Shown: one piece after another, positions 43,201-49,874 of the stretch | Position numbering within the stretch: position 1 is the stretch's first letter | Layout of the letters: each line of letters begins with the position of its first letter | Origin: a virus | Length of the DNA stretch: 64,000 bases | IMG/VR virus record: IMGVR_UViG_3300042561_000572 | Coordinates: 1 to 64,000 of that record | Reading direction: 5' to 3' (one strand) | The notes under the pieces: model-generated | Told to the model about the DNA's origin: nothing | Seen by the model: only the letters and a program-made list of their open reading frames with translations | Database searches by the model: none | Position numbers and translations under genes: made by a program

Positions 43201-43337
43201 TCACTGTTATACAAACCATAACCAACAGAAGTTGCAAGAGCACTTCTATTACCTTGTTCTATAAAACCATGAAGACTACTAACAGATTGTCTTCTATGTT
43301 CTAAATGATATTCAGTGTTTGAGAAATAACTTGACAT
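31230..43337 (-). CDS. Giant protein: N-terminal PLD (HKD) domain plus two-barrel RNA polymerase; putative virion RNAP
   Basis: HRKVYITD..VLGSINLT (aa ~427), HSK..NSSNFS (aa ~764), WRSAP and NLGDFDGD (aa ~2894, 34644-34658); Gly/Ala hydrophobic C-terminus. Confidence 0.75.
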   Translation of the reverse strand: MSSYFSNTEYHLEHRRQSVSSLHGFIEQGNRSALATSVGYGLYNSEVFTNELGSTNSDWQNAIGMTSDISGGMFDPKHVTTTGKREAFSNKFVLGLSQTVTTRLFTEFDSNVSNSLLDSRKSLKFLVGEAYRIDPTETKAYASQVVFENIFGNVLAKKGLYIEDPTKAKDNYYLDQSYQYANAFSRVQSSSNIRDMEARGQETLERLVNADLFGSGLVPVDGNSADELRAINEGTFNSSRSKAGKTITDLDFVRSKSYVNELTKGGVSINRRNIKAIDTSINNSYKQKAAKVIDDVKYQTRPGILPFVSMFESAKESITIDTFQYQNRAISDVVVSKIYREIIGNENYGFKVNMIVGSPIPGDEGTSAAIFGPNILEVAKMEKLKETIINELVNSKKKTRQEAEEIVNGKDGVPGVFNIKLAGPAHHRKVYITDQVAVLGSINLTSPVGDSIFKAGSNYEMLGMFHSNKDLIKKRQEYINRLPELLNNWTSFKDFSGLAQLNLLLGKFDPQKLNDNKVNKYKKTVSALMYEQVVAAQKQQITTISSQSNIKFATDIMYTLKATVDYLHTESGREMNSSLDELKGKYTGDLGMTMVLDQAYLLHVNHLDVNGSDPNNRANRFNDATSQEIGEMGKFSSNTLGSGQFRSRQDVRYELYRDIQRKNFSLIAMGISKVVVDTNNFTKQVIEPTWNYLNDRFGARFHNEFSGSISGFVNAVTESNQSLNRKVELINAQLDITDGKNLTALQMLAIASGNMAGADVPRQHSKSFSAYRYESATRKDGSTYVKYTQQIAGTAANSSNFSMNSLGVDIRPDNKYLGVGGNDPYVSDEMGAVYVNRKLFIDAAKESNTGYDQDFRDNIEALNLGFSNEYSLLAEEEMYELKDNNKAVTMSYAQLNYGNRLDNGLLPSIEGLPYWARQSNTGDLLKLESTLREMSKGLGDAMSITRKYDRFGTPLMLEVAIMPGKLLGLNTNTSRLTYTLGMLQGTANQPGPVFFQKEGKLIYNSNFTNNTGGKISWKFGDRPGVLEHGQSAEMSSIDNTTSIFATMIGEMAYKQAISNPASKLIGVDADTKRGLALDFAISLMGDTRYMLADNKVGINTDGLAYSNNLFDRGRSNNLFDRGGYKDLANALESRFNAEGISYLDTTRQLAGVDVYNRLNVNVNVEGTKFGIKLTDQIQNIRNAKSGDDVFTAIHAIGQLLGQEGYQDLTLDVLRVNSKYNAERDLNSQMTELSKTIFDPYLQAHQAISYAAGVPASKYINYGLDAGNERAMSLLNIADVSKNPLLQTLQYARTFARDVSVYSGFGTDYEGNERFYLGGVAEGVSTQNKKGYQLESFGVRNKFPTDRNSIDILEGTGIGVLISKDKLVNSGDFKDSEVDEIMTLLNVKGNQRGMLFNLDPSKPAQINQRIKNALGSRLMYEVSEEASKTILEKGSLKEYNAGQRKGIADNIAQLTSLLTDDKAKKFIHNYLTAEEVNLGSMFDTDVRTVLNESAYNFVLAQRKELFDKFKDLNLSETEREDTNQILNNMFRMKMISYSSVANSVGSVVGGRRDKQQFVLLQLNGGYSDHFYTNPKFRTQHYAGMPTVTNTGIKASMLDARTHVGEVTFSGDMLQKNGLVINEGDTFVYDRSVNKVVQIRADGGDNVTYVGGTGSADYLIGQIENFSLFGKPVASVKQKSISNRPGEDSVHLILTAGRVEGGSPGTNEIKYQVSALPILQPGSGRRHEGTAAGLLFKGVGAALKGSQFEGVFSSFMKSLGYESTFKDDMGAIKTVEAGISSASILKNQVSDVYGLINPNNLKSGFFMDHASMLFTKDVTGPDGVRTKLANTLVKQTNRMLAAALISQFGLDIIADGSYERNKPGDALMLNDQYVKAYKKAAIKGEFGTFIRMAEMQNVLTGKATRSKDNIFGSIPQFIMNNKELVGSIRDAILTDSGDLTGLLQGYVNTVGSRSGDGYVINSSDLYTRGVSAMLTAIDMFGQLKNQRGDISMVTDWMLKMKVRQNDGTTGKFNDDSFIGPLKTSPLSEIGALTRAATPNAVTGNYDAYSGVVLNDPLLEIAAALGGSDNAFNMTNEEKEQLANQMGIYLQQNYAVQLSLSISPSASKDPLGKNLRAKTEMQHLLAPLEAQSKQFTRTGNKGNLAYVLGTVVAAQEIGLISVGMADSAEYLKSIQAIQALDPVTMSGFFGRDFLGVYYNANENSSELIKEYRTIYKPSIKKNFDVSKVEDYYNNGDLTLAEATYVDGLNRDKHNSDPTAKLTDYAGQLRRVGQHIIEALRKSAITYNLEQSKGMGTDITQPKLQMLQDTGNRTYNILMPKVVGGPLVDQMTGDVNTVFSNTQNTYIFMPGADLLNQVGSSFGDFVSDIVGKTLNMQSYFVPGTAENDVMIKVAKARAAQKNSATFNVNLSPEETDMIARLGYLGDELLQAISEASSDTLMQKAVAGHGTEFEGYVSTGIPNLSLAANMNVMPQFVNEKYGAPEGIASLRKKLFEVTAAAHLTYTTLGSEMSTKFKNYQSNKQLQDFNQSLGTVLDYQKQMLVRGISTMAALKLQNGVEVIGGAHNLLNQVQTGKTTDINDLDAAVEKAQNSFNTVKKNLDVTGAYDKAYVASYVLANLQFAKLKADTKLAENSLNPKKREEYKGLIGTVNDWMSERGYQDAIYLGKNHEIRDFIHNSTMKNRYSMGLDLVNHYSKELEGAMRGKHTVYKQTHQSITDLINDTADPKTGGNFEAARQITLEYIDNRIKNLENFMEGFAPTSTKNAKSEQEHFIVAANRKSVGYMINDMTNIKEQVAAYKDQGGTLSTKFLHYSLQELGYIHNSMSELDNMQNQSWRSAPYGSTESHLATLMAIRGVDQFNKMIDNLAIDDNIVRFDVDRSKSISIFSGLSFLTSNLGDFDGDNYMTLLHKVTEKINTIDDRRFVIEHKKKEISSMKAFVGPISDTEALSKLEKTLANEEAKLFEDAMALKSLQKDMNAPDKQSKMAKDVASYMGIDSRFFRGSNEGGFRSQGTINVSSMAAMLDQGKGLYGGMQGVNSEMNTRVEDLLNASLGSKHSVGLTFDKNTLDDMIKSIETGSDKNQFFTAIGMTLNSTQLQDTDMQQELQEALTNSMRLTWDELKQSSNTLHNFEGEVNKEAYFTTLFSKLDATSKASNVLYSKINAGLGIGMGESTYDVLTKTLGEAGSDVLGKTYNTLLGTFVADSPIVSLYHILEGDSPQIAEKMNRMTGQHGPVNNASNSVVMPSDEGTRFMANLQASYDKAQQLQGWNKAVQQMLRDSIKLKGDSSSVMAELIKMSEEYTTADESKRQSLVNDMASKIGPGAGMKGLMDLNKMIHAAGSTGERKDGEGRYGSIGDYNITGDQRDIGMALMGSDVNEDSLIKFKVSSSLRSITTMFNFEKNFGSLEIGKDGKLKIDDKASSNRALEKTISEGLHGFLGKGSDSKGVSLTLAELAMGNKADAVKAVEGLYNAIDGINSRGVGFSTRASGYSVGYVSEQHRDKAVVEQVNRFSAEMITNSNGAFGTMLYEHMGMAMTDDNMAKLNEVRQSSGGLSTASLLVLSHHASITQTKTFMGDYGSGLDRFVHLNKASKDMQRNITSSSVREVGTSLLGGDLFNAAYRLMAQGKLSMEGASVMGRLFKAVNDPKLTNADAMGQMMSNFSGDEENAKEMAEMYKHLKHVEIQHEVTIDGKVERKNELVSDLINRQSKKTSQGFKLQAISEVAAAMNQAGEISDVTYNKIHAQIVGQHKNINKNEAEAKALADELLAENGLLLGTLSKEGKDYFKPEHVARGNDGTTRQELKVKAADGIFNIVGPALLSMIGGAIYGTSNDQAGMDAAGVIGGTLSLMGYNMPHGKGAANAAGALFRSKAYRNPDEDWATNLAKAASTEASLSLVGTYVTPKLTDLFNRNVVAPLFRHNVPIAESGVSAIIGSFVGALAMNMLDSSIQQSAGLLKSNFNQGDNNLNNKLAQMQDNLSDAIAARGEAEIDPMSSDFIDVPDKLDVPPVVVGVWATDVEFENLSSDSRSETYLVSGDSAYV

Positions 43338-43504
43338 TTAATGCTTACTTATAATATATATTTGACTATTATTAATGTATATACTAGTATAATTACAGTT
43401 AATAAATAAATATAAGTAAGCAGTTAATATAACAGTGCTTATAAGTTATTTATAATAAATAATTACAACAATTAAAACAATAACAAACCTTAATAACAAC
43501 TAAT

Positions 43505-43906
43505 ATGTCCACAGCATCAACAGTATTTGAAATTCCTCTTCCTTCTGGTAAAGTTATCTCTTTTAGACTTCCTACATACAGAGATAGACAAGCAGCAGTT
43601 AAGAGATTTAGACAACAACAAAATGAAGTAGGTTGGTCAATTGAAGAGTTTTTAGCATTTGGTATGCTTGAATTTGTAGATGGACTGCCTTTGCAAGCTG
43701 GTCTTGACCCTATTGATCAAGTATCTGAATGGTCATTGAAAGATGTAAATATTTATCTAGAAGTATTTATGCCCTTAGTATTTCCTGATGATGTTGCTAA
43801 GCAAAGAGCACAAGACATGGTTAAGGCACTTCTTGAGGGAAAGTCAGTAGTGAAACAAGTGGCCTCACCTATTACTTCAGCCCCTACTACAGCTATAACC
43901 GCATAA
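43505..43906 (+). CDS. Tail assembly chaperone (gpG-like)
   Basis: LPSGKVISFRLPTYRD pattern; GGGAAAG slippery site near 3' end. Confidence 0.75.
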   Translation: MSTASTVFEIPLPSGKVISFRLPTYRDRQAAVKRFRQQQNEVGWSIEEFLAFGMLEFVDGLPLQAGLDPIDQVSEWSLKDVNIYLEVFMPLVFPDDVAKQRAQDMVKALLEGKSVVKQVASPITSAPTTAITA

Positions 43907-44334
43907 CAGATGTTGCAATATCGTTGGCAGTATTATATAAACTGCCAATGGTAACAACTAGAAAGTGTATATATAACTATGACTCTAACTATCCTGAAAA
44001 GTATTATAGAGACATACCAATATCAGAAGATTTAATATTATTAAGAGAGTTAACGTTTGAGGGTTATGCCAATCACTTCATAGAAGCATACAACTTAAAT
44101 AACTACATACAAATTAGTGGCACTATACAGATACCCTATGGTAATGACTGGCTAGACTTAGATGAAGTTGAGAGAAGAGCATTTGAAATTGTAGTTAACA
44201 AAGTAAACATTGAAAGACACAAGGCAGCTCAAGCAGAAAAAGAAGAACTAAAGAAAAACCTTCAATCTTCAACTCAAAATCATTCTAGGTCAATGTTTGA
44301 TGGTATACCAATGTCTAGTATAAGTATGAGATAA
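43837..44334 (+). CDS. -1 frameshift extension of the tail chaperone (gpT-like)
   Basis: -1 frame is open from G GGA AAG (43837-43843) to 44334; otherwise only a weak TTG or internal ATG start. Confidence 0.75.
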   Translation, partial: GKVSSETSGLTYYFSPYYSYNRITDVAISLAVLYKLPMVTTRKCIYNYDSNYPEKYYRDIPISEDLILLRELTFEGYANHFIEAYNLNNYIQISGTIQIPYGNDWLDLDEVERRAFEIVVNKVNIERHKAAQAEKEELKKNLQSSTQNHSRSMFDGIPMSSISMR

Positions 44335-44343
44335 CAACACTAA

Positions 44344-45813
44344 ATGGCAACAAATAATACAAAAGCAACTACATCAACTAAGAAGGAGGAGACTAAACAA
44401 AAAGCATCATCTCCTCCTTCTAGTGGAGAAATAAACTTCTCTAAATACAAAACAAATCCACCATTACAAGTGTTTGGAGATACTTCTAACAAAGTAAGAC
44501 CAAACACTTACAAACAATTAGGTAGAGCCACCTCATTTGTAAGTAATGGTGATTCTTTGTATGTAAATACAGGGCCACATCAATATGCTTTAGCAACATG
44601 GGACTATGCTAGAAAGAATGAACCAATAATATCTGATGGTTTAGATAAGATAGTATTATCAGTTTTGGCTAAGATAGGTTCCTATAATCATCCTAATCCA
44701 GACATAAGAAAGTTTATAAAAGCTAACTTAAAACATAAGATTAGACACTGGATTGAAAATATAACATATTCTATGTTGTGGTCAGGTAAGTCTGTATCAG
44801 AGATAATATGGGAAAAGAAGTGGGATGGTGACACCCCTCAGTTATGGGTAAAAGATTTAATAAACTATCATACATCTCAAGTTATATTAAGATTAAATAA
44901 CTATGGTACTTTAACACATGGAGAACAAGTGTTAAATAGCCAATTTAATACAGGTGTTTGGGTTCCTAGACCTATTTTAACTGAAGATAAAAAGATGTAT
45001 AAAGTTGATAGAAACAACACAGGATCACATATAAGACTTGCTAAAGACAAGTTAATTATAGCTACATATAAAGATGAAGGTAATAATCCTCATGGCACAC
45101 CAGCTTTATATGCAGCTATTCAATGGTCTTTATACAAAGCAGCTTTTGTTGATATGTATTCTATAGCATTAGACAGATATGGAACACCTTTAATGTATTT
45201 TATAGTGCCAGCCACACAAACAACTGAAGACATGGAAGAAGTTGATGGTACTATTAGAAAAAAGATGTTTAGAGAAGCATTACAAGATGAACTACAAGAC
45301 TTAAGAAGTGGTTCTGTTTTAATACTTGAAAGACAAGGAAACAAAGATGCACCAGAACCAAAAGTAGAGTCATTAACAACTGGTAATAACTTTGGAGATT
45401 CATTTATAACAGCCATTGATAAGTGTGATCAAAACATGTTACATGCTATGGGAATACCTAACTTACTTATAAAGAATCAAGACTTAGGATTAGGTTCTGG
45501 TGGAACAACTGAAAAGCAAGTTGAAATGTTTGAAATGTCTATTGAACAGATAGCTATAAAAGTAAGTGAAGTATTAATTGATCAACTTATAAAGACTTTA
45601 ATAACTTATAACTTTTCACCAAAACTAGTAGATCATGCTGATAACTATGGAGAATTTATAATCAAACCAATAAGATATGTTGATTATAAAGTAATGGCAG
45701 AAAGTGCAAAGATATTAACAGAAGCAGGAGTTATAGCACCATTAGTAAGTGAAATGGATAGAAAATTTATTAGAAATCAACTAGGAATACCTAATGATCA
45801 TGAGGATGTATAA
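44344..45813 (+). CDS. Portal protein (DUF935/Mu gp29-like)
   Basis: 489 aa; GKSVSEIIW, NPHGTPAL, LDRYGTP, IRNQLGIP. Confidence 0.85.
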   Translation: MATNNTKATTSTKKEETKQKASSPPSSGEINFSKYKTNPPLQVFGDTSNKVRPNTYKQLGRATSFVSNGDSLYVNTGPHQYALATWDYARKNEPIISDGLDKIVLSVLAKIGSYNHPNPDIRKFIKANLKHKIRHWIENITYSMLWSGKSVSEIIWEKKWDGDTPQLWVKDLINYHTSQVILRLNNYGTLTHGEQVLNSQFNTGVWVPRPILTEDKKMYKVDRNNTGSHIRLAKDKLIIATYKDEGNNPHGTPALYAAIQWSLYKAAFVDMYSIALDRYGTPLMYFIVPATQTTEDMEEVDGTIRKKMFREALQDELQDLRSGSVLILERQGNKDAPEPKVESLTTGNNFGDSFITAIDKCDQNMLHAMGIPNLLIKNQDLGLGSGGTTEKQVEMFEMSIEQIAIKVSEVLIDQLIKTLITYNFSPKLVDHADNYGEFIIKPIRYVDYKVMAESAKILTEAGVIAPLVSEMDRKFIRNQLGIPNDHEDV

Positions 45814-46343
45814 TGAGTATTGCACATAAAGATGTAACAACAATTGATAATCACACACCTTACAGATGGGTATTTAACAATGTTACAGAAAGATTAGCCT
45901 TAACCTCTATTAACTCATCTGAGTTATATAAAAGAGCCTTACAATTAGATAATGAGTTAGAATATACATTAATATCAACATCACCTATTAGATGGAAGGA
46001 ATATGGTACAACTAACTCAATACCTACAACAACGGTAGCAAGACTTAATCCAAGTCCAATTATAACTGTTGTAGAAGATTTATCTATTAATCCAACATAT
46101 TCTTGTTTAAACTTAACATCAACTGCTAATGTAACTATAATATCAACTCCTAGTATCATAGGAGCAACAAGCAATGCACAAGAACTAACTCTAGTAAATG
46201 TTGGTAATTATAATATAGTATTTCAAAATAAAACTGCATTAGTAGGATCACTAATAGATACATCATTTACCTTAACTCCAACTGCTAGAATAGTAAAACT
46301 AATATACATAAAACAAGGTTTAAACTTATGGTTTAAATACTAA
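45813..46343 (+). CDS. Putative virion protein
   Basis: 176 aa, Thr/Ile-rich, coupled to portal. Confidence 0.6.
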   Translation: MSIAHKDVTTIDNHTPYRWVFNNVTERLALTSINSSELYKRALQLDNELEYTLISTSPIRWKEYGTTNSIPTTTVARLNPSPIITVVEDLSINPTYSCLNLTSTANVTIISTPSIIGATSNAQELTLVNVGNYNIVFQNKTALVGSLIDTSFTLTPTARIVKLIYIKQGLNLWFKY

Positions 46344-46428
46344 ATACAATTTAAATATAAACAATAAAAAACAACATTAGATATACTTCCAATGTTGTTT
46401 TTTATTGTTTATATATATATATATATAA

Positions 46429-46806
46429 TTAGTTTTTAGCTTTATGTAACAACTTAACTTGATTCTTTCTGAAGTTCATATACCATTGTGTAAACAATAC
46501 ATGTTTACACGGACTAAACCTATCAGCACAGTCACAAGAGTTACCTTGTATAAAGTATGTATCACCCTTATCATTGCTAACAACAAAGGTATCTTCTAAT
46601 GAATTAATAACACAATAACCTTCCATGATTAACATACCAGCAATAGTGTTATTAACAATAGTATGAGGATCAGCTATAGGTGCAATCTTATTAGTACTAG
46701 AACTACTTCCTAATGCTACATCATAATAAATATAACCATCATTAGGACCTCCATCTTTTAACACATTAACATTCTTAAAAGCACCACCAATAATTAATTT
46801 AGACAT
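46429..46806 (-). CDS. SWIM zinc-finger protein
   Basis: CDCADRFSPCKH. Confidence 0.8.
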   Translation of the reverse strand: MSKLIIGGAFKNVNVLKDGGPNDGYIYYDVALGSSSSTNKIAPIADPHTIVNNTIAGMLIMEGYCVINSLEDTFVVSNDKGDTYFIQGNSCDCADRFSPCKHVLFTQWYMNFRKNQVKLLHKAKN

Positions 46807-46879
46807 GTAATTATTAATAGCTAAATATAGTAAAGGATTCTTCATTTATTATTTAATTGATTCTTTATTTGTATATACA

Positions 46880-47422
46880 TTATATAGGAATGTTATCAGC
46901 AAAATCTTGATATAGTATTAACATTTTAGGTAAGAAATCTCCATTCATTTGTGTATCTTTAATACTAATACCATGTTCAACATTACCAAATACTTCTATT
47001 AATGATCTATCAATTCTGTCTCTTATCTTGATAGAGTTTTCATATGCAGTGGAAAAATAATAATTATAATCTTTAGGTATTTTAGTTTCTTCATTTAAAT
47101 AATTTAAAGGATAAATCTTTAACCAAAGATCTTCTAATACCAACACCACATCTTGTTTATCAAAAGTTGTATAATGTTTAAACATTAAACCTTCATAGAG
47201 ATTATAAGCTATTAGATTTAATATAAAATTATAAACACCCATTAATGTTATGTTATTAAAAAGCCCTCTATTATCTTGATTCCTTAAATCATAACTTATC
47301 AACTCATAAAAGATACTTTTACTAGATAGACTATCAACAAACTGCTTAGCATTAATAGATAGTAAATAATCTTTTTCTTTATCTAATATTCTAATTTGAT
47401 CATATAGGGATTGCATTTGCAA
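46880..47422 (-). CDS. Paralog-array protein (start uncertain)
   Basis: KEKDYLL..FVDSLSS..FYEL and FLPKMLILYQDF. Confidence 0.7.
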   Translation of the reverse strand: MQMQSLYDQIRILDKEKDYLLSINAKQFVDSLSSKSIFYELISYDLRNQDNRGLFNNITLMGVYNFILNLIAYNLYEGLMFKHYTTFDKQDVVLVLEDLWLKIYPLNYLNEETKIPKDYNYYFSTAYENSIKIRDRIDRSLIEVFGNVEHGISIKDTQMNGDFLPKMLILYQDFADNIPI

Positions 47423-47936
47423 AGTCCTGATATAATATTAACATTTTAGGTAGAAAGTCATCAGGCATATCTTGAGCCCATATAGTTATAGTATGCTCAA
47501 ATACTTGTAGTTTTAGATTGCCAACAGATATATTATCAAATAATTTGATGGAGTTCCTAGACCTATAAGGATAAGCAATTAAGTATTCATATTCTAAAGT
47601 TGTTTTATCTGGTTGATAATTTACATTATTAATGTGTAAACCAAAACTTCTTAGATCAATTTGTTTATCCTGTTTGTTATAAATAAGATGATGTCTAAAA
47701 ACTAATGCCTCATATAAATTATGACATATTACATTCAAAATACCATTATAAATACCTACCAAAGATATATTATTATAACTTAGTCTAACATCTTTTAGAT
47801 CCCTCTCAATTGCTAATTTATCAAAGCTTAATAACTCATAAAAGATACTAGCACTACTTAAACTGTCAACAAACTGCTGAGCATTAACATTTAATAAGTA
47901 ATCCTTTTCTTTATCTAATATTTTAATTTGGGCCAT
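47400..47936 (-). CDS. Paralog-array protein
   Basis: Same conserved termini as its neighbours. Confidence 0.8.
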   Translation of the reverse strand: MAQIKILDKEKDYLLNVNAQQFVDSLSSASIFYELLSFDKLAIERDLKDVRLSYNNISLVGIYNGILNVICHNLYEALVFRHHLIYNKQDKQIDLRSFGLHINNVNYQPDKTTLEYEYLIAYPYRSRNSIKLFDNISVGNLKLQVFEHTITIWAQDMPDDFLPKMLILYQDFANAIPI

Positions 47937-47940
47937 TTAT

Positions 47941-48492
47941 TTATACTGGAATATTATCTACAAAGTCATTATAAAGCACTAACATCTTACTTATAAACTC
48001 ACCACAATCTTGTATATAAAAGTTAAATTTATTATTAACACTAAGTACATCTTTTAATACTAAAAAATCCTTTATTACATAGTTAATAGGAGCAGGATGA
48101 AAAGGACTTAGAGGCATCATATTTTTAGTTTCTAATACATATTCATAATCTTTTTGAAAATGTTTATTAGGATTAAACTGCCAACAATCATCTTCTGGTC
48201 TAATATAAAAAGTTATAATTAAACCTTTATATAATGTAATTCTAATATCATTATTAGGATGTCTTAAATTTAAAGCCTCTTGTACGTTGGAGTTAATAAT
48301 ATTTACAATAAAATTATAAAGACCTATTATAGTAACAATACTAAAATTATATTGTATTGCATCCTTGTTAGTAAGTAAGCTTTCAGCACCTAACATCTCA
48401 TAAAATAAGCTTTTACTATATAACTTATCTATAAATGTTTCAGCATTAACATTTAACAAGTACTGTTTCTCTTTTTCAGTAATAGTAATCAC
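47941..48492 (-). CDS. Paralog-array protein
   Basis: KEKQYLLNVNA..FYEML and FISKMLVLYNDF. Confidence 0.8.
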   Translation of the reverse strand: MITITEKEKQYLLNVNAETFIDKLYSKSLFYEMLGAESLLTNKDAIQYNFSIVTIIGLYNFIVNIINSNVQEALNLRHPNNDIRITLYKGLIITFYIRPEDDCWQFNPNKHFQKDYEYVLETKNMMPLSPFHPAPINYVIKDFLVLKDVLSVNNKFNFYIQDCGEFISKMLVLYNDFVDNIPV

Positions 48493-49148
48493 AAAAAAGC
48501 ACCTTCTAAGTCCAATTCCTCTTGTGGCATCAGTTCAATAAACTCATCATATATAGTACAAACTTTAAATAGAAACTCATTTAAGTTATCTACTCTATAA
48601 TTAATCTTATTAAACAGAGATGTAGCTTCTTTGTCATAAGATCTAGTATAAGTTAATTGTAAAGTAAATATATCAAACTGTAACTTAACTGTTTGTTTAT
48701 TAGGATTAATTCTATAAGTAATCCAGATACATTCATTGTCTTCATAACTGCTAAGGCCTAACTTTTTACTTATAAAGTTTGTATTAGCCTTCTTATTTAA
48801 AGTTGGAATTATCTTATCAACTTCAAAGATGTATAAATACAAATTAACAAGCTCAAATATACTACAAAGGAATATAGAATCATCTATTGGAATATTCTTT
48901 TCATCAGCTTTAAATATCTCTCTAATAAAAGTATAAGTGGCACTTTCCTTGTCAAATATAGATAATGTATTAGACATTAGAAAGTCTAGTTGTTTGTCTG
49001 TTAAATAGTTTTGTATTGTAATAGCCATAGGATTAAAGTAGTTAAGTTCTAATAGAGCATATAATATATCTTCATTGCATTCTTTTATTAGATCTGCAAA
49101 GTTATAATCATTTGATTTTGTATGATAAGGAAAATTATAAATTGCCAT
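48489..49148 (-). CDS. Distant paralog-array protein
   Basis: LTDKQLDFL and EFLFKVCTIYDEF. Confidence 0.7.
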   Translation of the reverse strand: MAIYNFPYHTKSNDYNFADLIKECNEDILYALLELNYFNPMAITIQNYLTDKQLDFLMSNTLSIFDKESATYTFIREIFKADEKNIPIDDSIFLCSIFELVNLYLYIFEVDKIIPTLNKKANTNFISKKLGLSSYEDNECIWITYRINPNKQTVKLQFDIFTLQLTYTRSYDKEATSLFNKINYRVDNLNEFLFKVCTIYDEFIELMPQEELDLEGAFL

Positions 49149-49209
49149 AAAAATAGGCTCAACAAGGAGCCTAAATAAGTTAATTATTAAGTTGTAACAG
49201 TGTTATGTA

Positions 49210-49719
49210 TTAACTATTAAACAAGTTACTTTGAAGTAAATATATATACTTATCAACAGCTAATGAGTGTTCTTGCAACATATTACTAGTAGTCTTATCT
49301 ATACTATCTAATCTATTAATATACATATATAACAAGCCACTAATAGTTTTTAATGCATTAACAATAAGAGTAATGTTACTTTGTATATCATTAGATATTT
49401 CATTTATATCATCTAATAATGTATTCTCAATACTAAATTTTAGATTAACTCTAGCCATAGCACCAAATGATCTAATTCTTTCAGCAAGAGGATCAATAAA
49501 ACCACCAATAGTATCTAGAATCTCTTCAAATAGTTTATGAATAGAAATAAAACTACTACCTTCACTATTCCAATGAGCCTCCCAAACTCTACCATGAGCA
49601 TCATTATAAGTAGCTATTAAACTATAAAGTACTGAACTAACTTCTGCTCTAACTTCTTCTGCTAAAGCATGTGTTCTAGTAAATTTAATATCTAACAAAT
49701 TTGTTGTATTATCTTCCAT
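49210..49719 (-). CDS. dps: Dps/ferritin-like protein
   Basis: HWNSEGSSFISIHKLFEE...DPLAERIR ferroxidase signature. Confidence 0.9.
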   Translation of the reverse strand: MEDNTTNLLDIKFTRTHALAEEVRAEVSSVLYSLIATYNDAHGRVWEAHWNSEGSSFISIHKLFEEILDTIGGFIDPLAERIRSFGAMARVNLKFSIENTLLDDINEISNDIQSNITLIVNALKTISGLLYMYINRLDSIDKTTSNMLQEHSLAVDKYIYLLQSNLFNS

Positions 49720-49874
49720 TTTAATTTAAGGTATTATATATTATGTATATTACCTTATATAACACCTATTTAGTTATAATAAGTAAACATAAATGCCTAC
49801 AAATATATACAAATAAGATATAATATTAGGTTTATAAAAAGTAAATAGTAATACACTAAACAGTAATATAAATA

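Noticed and set aside
31230-43337. Plain tape measure protein
   Set aside because: Enzyme motifs (HKD, DFDGD), globular composition and opposite strand to the tail genes argue against it
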